Origin: Rickettsiales bacterium
GTDB taxonomy: Bacteria; Pseudomonadota; Alphaproteobacteria; Rickettsiales; Rickettsiaceae
Direction: 5' to 3'
DNA: 64,000 bases
NCBI GenBank assembly: GCA_947456795.1
Contig: CANGTI010000001.1
Span: 74,900 to 138,899, forward strand
This document shows positions 58,497-64,000 of the stretch, piece after piece. Below the pieces are notes generated by a model. The model had not been told where the DNA came from. It made no database searches and saw only the letters and a list, made by a program, of their open reading frames with translations. Within the stretch, counting starts at the first letter, position 1. Every line of letters begins with the position of its first letter. A program made the translations under genes and the position numbers.

Positions 58497-60239
58497 ATGC
58501 CTTTTTACTCTGCCAAATCAAATTTTTTTTTACGAGAGTCAAAAGATTTTATTTTGCAAAAATATGGTGACAGATTGCATGAAACGATAGTTTTGGTACC
58601 CAATGTATATGCTGCAAATCAATTATCGAAATGCTTTATATCAAACAGAGAAAAGACAGGTTTAATTCCGAAAATTATTCCTCTTGAAGAAATTAAAATT
58701 GTCTCTGATAGCATAGTCAGTTTAGATAAAAGCGAACTTGCGCATTACTTTGAACAGCAACTTATCATTGCAAATATCCTTGTTGCCTCTAGTTACTATA
58801 ATTTTAATGCAAGACAATCATTAGACCTTAGTAAGTCCATATTGGTGCTTTTGCACGAATTTATAAAATCACGCAGGGAGCCTCAAGATTTAGCAAATTT
58901 GAATTGTGAACATTTTTTGCAATTAGATGTCTTGGCAGCATTTTTTCAGGACGTAAAAGACAAATGGATGAATGAGTTATCGAAGAATTTTGTTAGCGAT
59001 GTAGTACAGCTGTGTGTAGAAAACTGTCAAAAATTATCCTCATTGATTAAGGAGGGGCGTCTTTCTTCTCATTTGATTTTAGTTGATATTGACAGCACCT
59101 TTGCTTATGAGCTTGCACAAAATATGCATAATGCTGGCTTTGATATACTTGTTGCATCTTTTCATCAGGAGACTGAGCGTTTCAGTGCTGATTTTTACAA
59201 TTTGCTGAAAATGTGCGATGCAACGCCACACGACGTACCTGACATTGTGACCCAAGAGTGTGGCTCTGAATCTCAAACATTAAAACCCGTATTATCCTAT
59301 CAGGTTTTTTTAAACGAGATCAAGGAATTAAATTTCATTATCGATTTGCTTTTATCCAAAACACAAGAAAAAGACTGTTCTAATGTTGCAGTTGTAATTG
59401 ACGATTTAGAGACAACTCATACTCTTGTTTCTACTCTGAAGGGATATGAAATAAGTGTCAAAAATCTTGTGGGACTAAGCTTGTCTCGCAATATTGCAAT
59501 TGATTTTTTACTCTTGATTGGCAAATTACAGAGCGAAAATGCTTTGGTCAAAGATTTGATTGCTTTGCTGCAACACTCTTATTTTGAGAAGGAAATTGGG
59601 GAAAGATTTGAGCATTTTATCATAGAACGGGGCCTGATTTTACAAAGTCTGCAAGATGTAATCTCTTTGCTTAAGGGTCAATGTTCTGAGATTTATCAAA
59701 TCTGTGTAAAGGCATTCTTTTTTGAAAAAGAACTATTATTTTGTAATCTTTTGACAGAGCATTTGAAGGCCGCTCAACTATTGTTTCCTGGGATATGGAT
59801 GTGTAGGGAGTATTTACTTGTTCAAGAATATCTGAGTAATCTTTTGACTGCGGCAAGGCATTTTGCAGTGACAACTGGAGATGCCTATTGTGATATTTTG
59901 ACGAGATTATTGCAGGGTAAGTTTTATGAAAACTCTTCCGAAGAGTTTAAAGTTACTATCTTGTCTCCAAAAGATGTGATTTTTTTAGAGTCTCAATTTG
60001 TTATTGTACCCAATTTTCACGATGAATCCTGGCCTAGTTTAGGAGATTCAGATATATGGCTTTCTCGGAGTATCAGGTCTGAACTTGGCCTTAGTGACGT
60101 TAGATCAGATCAATTAGAGCGGTACAGGTGTTATTTTGCTACTGTATGTAATTTTCCCAAAGTATTATTTACTCGATCTTCTAAGATGGCAGGTAAAGAA
60201 ACTATCGAGTCACGATTCCTTTCTAAGATTTACTCATGA
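58497..60239 (+). CDS. addB: double-strand break repair protein AddB (alphaproteobacterial type), N-terminal 580-aa fragment
   Basis: IVLVPNVYAANQLSKCF...LIPKIIPLEEI resembles the AddB N-terminus. The ORF ends 104 nt inside the next ORF, which carries the nuclease domain. Confidence 0.65.
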   Translation: MPFYSAKSNFFLRESKDFILQKYGDRLHETIVLVPNVYAANQLSKCFISNREKTGLIPKIIPLEEIKIVSDSIVSLDKSELAHYFEQQLIIANILVASSYYNFNARQSLDLSKSILVLLHEFIKSRREPQDLANLNCEHFLQLDVLAAFFQDVKDKWMNELSKNFVSDVVQLCVENCQKLSSLIKEGRLSSHLILVDIDSTFAYELAQNMHNAGFDILVASFHQETERFSADFYNLLKMCDATPHDVPDIVTQECGSESQTLKPVLSYQVFLNEIKELNFIIDLLLSKTQEKDCSNVAVVIDDLETTHTLVSTLKGYEISVKNLVGLSLSRNIAIDFLLLIGKLQSENALVKDLIALLQHSYFEKEIGERFEHFIIERGLILQSLQDVISLLKGQCSEIYQICVKAFFFEKELLFCNLLTEHLKAAQLLFPGIWMCREYLLVQEYLSNLLTAARHFAVTTGDAYCDILTRLLQGKFYENSSEEFKVTILSPKDVIFLESQFVIVPNFHDESWPSLGDSDIWLSRSIRSELGLSDVRSDQLERYRCYFATVCNFPKVLFTRSSKMAGKETIESRFLSKIYS

Positions 60240-61113
60240 AGAATTAATCTATCGCATTTTTATGTCAATAACTGAAATGGGCCGATCTTTTGTAATTCCA
60301 ATTGGAGTGGAATTTCCAGAGAATATATCTTCTACTTCTGTAGGGCTTTTATTGCACAATCCGTACACTTTTTATGCAAAACACATTCTCAAATTAAAAC
60401 ATTTAGACAGATTTAAAGACAAGCCTAATTTAGCTGATTTTGGTATTTTTATGCATTTCGTCTTAGATCAATATACAAAGAGCTATAGGTGTGGTCCTTA
60501 TGGTGAGCATGTATCTCGATTTTTATCAATTGCAAGATCTGCGTTGCAACAGATGCATTTGCACAAACAAGACCTTTGGTTGCACAAGCTAGAGGGCATA
60601 GCACAGGAATTTGTTGATTTTGATCTAGTCAGAAGGGCTGATTTGTCAAAGGTATGGTCAGAGCAAAAGGGGCACACTATGATTAAGCTTTCTAAAGTTT
60701 CTTTAAGACTTACGGCTATTGCGGATCGCATCGAATTGTCTGATAAAGGAGACGTTTGCATACTAGATTACAAAACGGGCCTTATGCCGAGTGTACAAGA
60801 GGTAAGAATGGGTCTTTCTCCTCAGATGATAGTATCATCTATTATAGCGTCCAAAGGGGGATTTGCGTGTTTGAATAGACCGGTTGTTCCTTCAAAAATT
60901 GTTTATGTTAAACTTGCAAGTTGTTCGCCTTATTGGAGGTCAAGTGATATAATGCTCGATGATGGAGATTTGGATCGGCATTTAGACCAATTGGTCGCAT
61001 TACTAGAAATTTTAATGAGTGGGGCTGAGCTAAAATTTTCTCCGGGTGGTAATCCTATTAAGAGATATGATGAATACGTTCATCTGAGTAGAGTTTTTTC
61101 TTATCTTGATTGA
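60136..61113 (+). CDS. addB: AddB C-terminal PD-(D/E)XK nuclease fragment, in the +1 frame relative to the preceding ORF
   Basis: ADRIELSDKGDVCILDYKTG matches the RecB-family nuclease motif. The first in-frame ATG is at 60262; the track start at 60136 is TTG. Confidence 0.65.
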   Translation: MLLYVIFPKYYLLDLLRWQVKKLSSHDSFLRFTHEELIYRIFMSITEMGRSFVIPIGVEFPENISSTSVGLLLHNPYTFYAKHILKLKHLDRFKDKPNLADFGIFMHFVLDQYTKSYRCGPYGEHVSRFLSIARSALQQMHLHKQDLWLHKLEGIAQEFVDFDLVRRADLSKVWSEQKGHTMIKLSKVSLRLTAIADRIELSDKGDVCILDYKTGLMPSVQEVRMGLSPQMIVSSIIASKGGFACLNRPVVPSKIVYVKLASCSPYWRSSDIMLDDGDLDRHLDQLVALLEILMSGAELKFSPGGNPIKRYDEYVHLSRVFSYLD

Positions 61114-61188
61114 TTCGATTGTAGAAAAATACTTAATAATCTTCTTAAAAGTCTTTTGATTTTGAAAATTTTTACTTGAGGAAAATTT

Positions 61189-62865
61189 ATGGGGGAGGAT
61201 GTACGCAGAATATTGCTTGCAGTGAGTTTATCTTTTGTGGTGATGTTTTGTTGGCAACATTTTTTTCCTCAAAAAAGGCTCGATGCCAATCCTGCCGATA
61301 CTAATCCGCGTCTTGTAACCTTAAATACCCATTTGAGCAGGAATTCTGCCACTGCTTTTGTTTTGCCTAAAACAGAAAATATTCCGAGAGTCAACATTGC
61401 AACACCAAGTCTTAAAGGTTCTATTTCTACCTTGGGTTTGACCATGGATGACATATGCCTTGTAAAGCATAAAAACACAACTGGAGCAGATGCAAAGCCT
61501 GTTGAGTTTTTAAAAAAATTATCCCACTTTGTATCAATAAAATTTTGGGCGGAGGATAGCAATCTTGATTTGCCTGGACCTTCCACATTATGGAGGGCTC
61601 ATGGTACAAACCTGACTCCTACAACTCCTATAAAATTTGATTGGACCAACAGTCAGGGAATTAAATTTATTGTAAATCTTTCGGTAGATGAAAATTATCT
61701 TTTTACTTTTGATACAAGCTTAGTGAACTCTTCTAGAGAAAAGATTTGTTGTGCTCCATGTGTACAGATATGTAAGAGTAAAGAAGCTATTCAAGAGTCT
61801 ATTGAGGAAAGCTCGCATAATGGAGCCATCGGTGCTGTGGATAAACAAGTTAAAGATTATTCTTACAAAAAGCTCGCAAAGGACGGTAATCTAACTATTA
61901 ATACAAAAGCTTTTAATTGGTTTGGCCTTACGGATAAATATTGGCTTACTGCACTGATTGCTGATAAACAGACTACTGCATCAGTTCTTGTAGAGAATTT
62001 ACAGATTATGGGATCTCAATACGTGAGCAATGTGATATCTTACGCAGGCCAAGAGCTAAGCCCAGGAGCGACTAATATGGGTAAGTTTTACTTATTTGTG
62101 GGCGCAAAAAATGTTGTTCTTTTAGATCGATACCGAGATGAACTTGGTGCTGTATTACTAGACCGAGCCATTGATTTTGGTTGGATCTATTTTCTTGCAA
62201 AGCCTCTTTTTCACGTGTTGAATTTCTTCTTTGGCTTAGTGCAAAATTTTGGAGTAAGCATCATTCTTTTAACGCTTACTGTACGTATATTTACATTTGC
62301 ACTTGTTCTGAAATCAGACCGCACGATGCGTAAAATGAAAGAATTGCAGCCTAAGATGCAAAGGATTAAGGAGCTTTATAAGGATGATCCTGAAAAGCTT
62401 CGAAAGGAGATATTAGGTCTTTATAAAAGAGAAAAAATCAGTCCTATTGGTTGTTTGCCAATGCTTGCACAGCTTCCGGTATTTTTTGGAGTGTTAAAAG
62501 TCTTAGAGGTTGCCTTGGAGATGAGACATGCGCCTTTCTTTTTGTGGATCTCTGATTTATCTGCTAGAGACCCTTCTAATATTTTTACTCTTTTTGGTGT
62601 ACTTCCTTGGAGTCCTCCTACATTGCTTCATTTAGGAGTTTGGCCTCTTTTGATGTTTTTTAGTATGTATCTACAGCAAAAAATTTCTCCAAAGCCAGAT
62701 GATCCAATGCAGGCAAAAATGTTTGCTATTATGCCTTTGGTGATGCTTTGTGTACTTTGCAACTCTCCAGTAGGTGTCATGATATATTGGACTTGGAATA
62801 ACTGTTTTGGCATACTGCAGCAGTATCTGATGAATCTTTTGTCAAAAAGAAGGGCTAAAGTTTAA
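61189..62865 (+). CDS. yidC: membrane protein insertase YidC
   Basis: 558 aa. N-terminal anchor, a large periplasmic domain, and a C-terminal 60-kDa-IMP core (GVSIILLTLTVR...PIGCLPMLAQLPVFF...MIYWTWNN). Confidence 0.9.
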   Translation: MGEDVRRILLAVSLSFVVMFCWQHFFPQKRLDANPADTNPRLVTLNTHLSRNSATAFVLPKTENIPRVNIATPSLKGSISTLGLTMDDICLVKHKNTTGADAKPVEFLKKLSHFVSIKFWAEDSNLDLPGPSTLWRAHGTNLTPTTPIKFDWTNSQGIKFIVNLSVDENYLFTFDTSLVNSSREKICCAPCVQICKSKEAIQESIEESSHNGAIGAVDKQVKDYSYKKLAKDGNLTINTKAFNWFGLTDKYWLTALIADKQTTASVLVENLQIMGSQYVSNVISYAGQELSPGATNMGKFYLFVGAKNVVLLDRYRDELGAVLLDRAIDFGWIYFLAKPLFHVLNFFFGLVQNFGVSIILLTLTVRIFTFALVLKSDRTMRKMKELQPKMQRIKELYKDDPEKLRKEILGLYKREKISPIGCLPMLAQLPVFFGVLKVLEVALEMRHAPFFLWISDLSARDPSNIFTLFGVLPWSPPTLLHLGVWPLLMFFSMYLQQKISPKPDDPMQAKMFAIMPLVMLCVLCNSPVGVMIYWTWNNCFGILQQYLMNLLSKRRAKV

Positions 62866-62890
62866 TGTTATCTTATTGTAAGAATTTCTG

Positions 62891-63514
62891 ATGCAACATC
62901 GTACGTGGAAGAGTGTGAGCGCAGGGGGTGCGGAGTTTATTCTTGGAATTTCGAATATATCGGACGTAAGTAAATGTGGCATGTTGCCTATGATTGCTTT
63001 TGTAGGTGCATCTAACGTAGGTAAGTCTACCTTAATCAATGAGATATGTGCTAATCAGAATTTGTCTAGAACTTCCAAGTTTCCTGGGCATACAAGACAG
63101 GTGAACATCTTCAAAATTGATCAAAAATTTTTGTTAGCAGATATGCCTGGATATGGCTTTGCTAAAAGATCTAAAATAGAAATATTAAGGCTTAAAAGTT
63201 TAATATTTAACTTTCTCGCAGCAGCAGATGGTTTGCGTTTGGTCAATGTACTGATCGATATCCGCAAAGGTTTGCGTCCGCATGACATAGAAATCATTGA
63301 GCATCTAAGTGTTCAGGGGCGTCAGGTACAAGTGATACTTACTAAATCCGATCAAATCAGCCAAGAGGAGCAAATTCAAGAAAAAGATAAGATGATCGTT
63401 AGTTTGAATAATATATTTGGCATTAAAGCCAATGTTATCTTGTTTAGCAGTAAATTTTCTGTTGGTGTCAAAGAATTAGGCGCCAGTATGGTACATTCTT
63501 TTTCGCATGTCTGA
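62891..63514 (+). CDS. engB: ribosome biogenesis GTP-binding protein EngB/YsxC/YihA
   Basis: G1 GASNVGKST, G3 DMPGYG and G4 TKSD motifs. Confidence 0.85.
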   Translation: MQHRTWKSVSAGGAEFILGISNISDVSKCGMLPMIAFVGASNVGKSTLINEICANQNLSRTSKFPGHTRQVNIFKIDQKFLLADMPGYGFAKRSKIEILRLKSLIFNFLAAADGLRLVNVLIDIRKGLRPHDIEIIEHLSVQGRQVQVILTKSDQISQEEQIQEKDKMIVSLNNIFGIKANVILFSSKFSVGVKELGASMVHSFSHV

Positions 63515-64000
63515 ATACGATTTTGTAAATATAAGTGTCCAGGATCTAAATTTTGAGGATGCTAAACATTTACTCAATATTCTTGCTTTGGAGGTAGAAA
63601 AACATAACGTTGCTTATTATGAGCAAGATGCTCCACACATTTCTGATTCTGAGTACGATTGGCTCGTCTCTTTGCTTGGACAAATAGAGGCAAAGTTTCC
63701 ACTACTCAAAGATAAACAAAGCCCTTTAAATAAAGTAGGATCCCCTACTTCTAAAGGTTTGTCTAAAATTGTGCACGAGGTACCGGTTCTTTCTCTGCAA
63801 AACGGTTTTGATCTAAAGGACATATCACAATTTTTTAGACGTGCAGCAAATTTTTTACAAGTTGATGGATTCTTTGAAATTTGTTGTGAACTCAAGATCG
63901 ACGGACTTTCTTTTTCTGCAATGTATTTGGAAGGTGTTTTACAGTATGTTGCAACTCGTGGAGATGGTCAGACAGGTGAAGACGTTACAGCGAATATGCT
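63507..64000 (+). CDS. ligA: NAD-dependent DNA ligase LigA; 3' end lies beyond the window edge
   Basis: Own translation from the ATG at 63507 gives MSEYDFVNISVQDL...AYYEQDAPHISDSEYDWL...CELKIDGLS (KxDG adenylation motif)...ATRGDG. The frame is open to the window end. It overlaps the engB stop by 8 nt. Confidence 0.85.
   Translation, partial: MSEYDFVNISVQDLNFEDAKHLLNILALEVEKHNVAYYEQDAPHISDSEYDWLVSLLGQIEAKFPLLKDKQSPLNKVGSPTSKGLSKIVHEVPVLSLQNGFDLKDISQFFRRAANFLQVDGFFEICCELKIDGLSFSAMYLEGVLQYVATRGDGQTGEDVTANM

Overview
This is an AT-rich, tightly packed bacterial chromosome segment of about 60 protein genes and 5 tRNA genes. I recognised no rRNA, CRISPR array, transposase or phage gene. The gene set points to an alphaproteobacterium: CtrA, a TrcR/DUF1013 cell-cycle regulator, RpoH, HflKC, alpha-type AddB, SecB and EttA. 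The AT richness, short spacers and flagellar genes scattered singly among housekeeping genes (flgI, flhA) suggest a reduced, host-associated lineage of Rickettsiales or Holosporales type. That placement is inference, not a database result.

Most of the window is ordinary housekeeping: gyrA, uvrB, cysS, alaS, miaB, PBP1A, ftsW-murG, hflKC-htrA, yidC-engB-ligA and others.

The clear exception is a 4.6 kb accessory stretch (38229-42884) between a hybrid histidine kinase and murG. It contains:
- a 759-aa Ala/Glu/Lys-repeat ORFan with no family I recognise;
- a second copy of the murG 3' end (24 nt identical) lying 2.65 kb downstream of the real one, so the two copies bracket the ORFan like an insertion or duplication scar;
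- a decayed coiled-coil gene with in-frame stops and frameshifts;
- an orphan duplicate of that gene's last 31 codons, whose substitutions are mostly synonymous;
- several GC-rich hairpins.

Secondary items:
- a surface-antigen-like beta-barrel protein with a large hydrophilic insert, next to an 829-bp ORF-free spacer;
- an addB reading frame split by a +1 frame change;
- an Mrp/ApbC homologue without a CXXC motif;
- a perfect palindrome in the XRE/trhO divergent promoter;
- DnaA-box-like 9-mers upstream of uvrB;
- a TTAA-N7-TTAA box upstream of ctrA.

All calls come from reading the supplied translations and the sequence by eye. No searches or computations were run.
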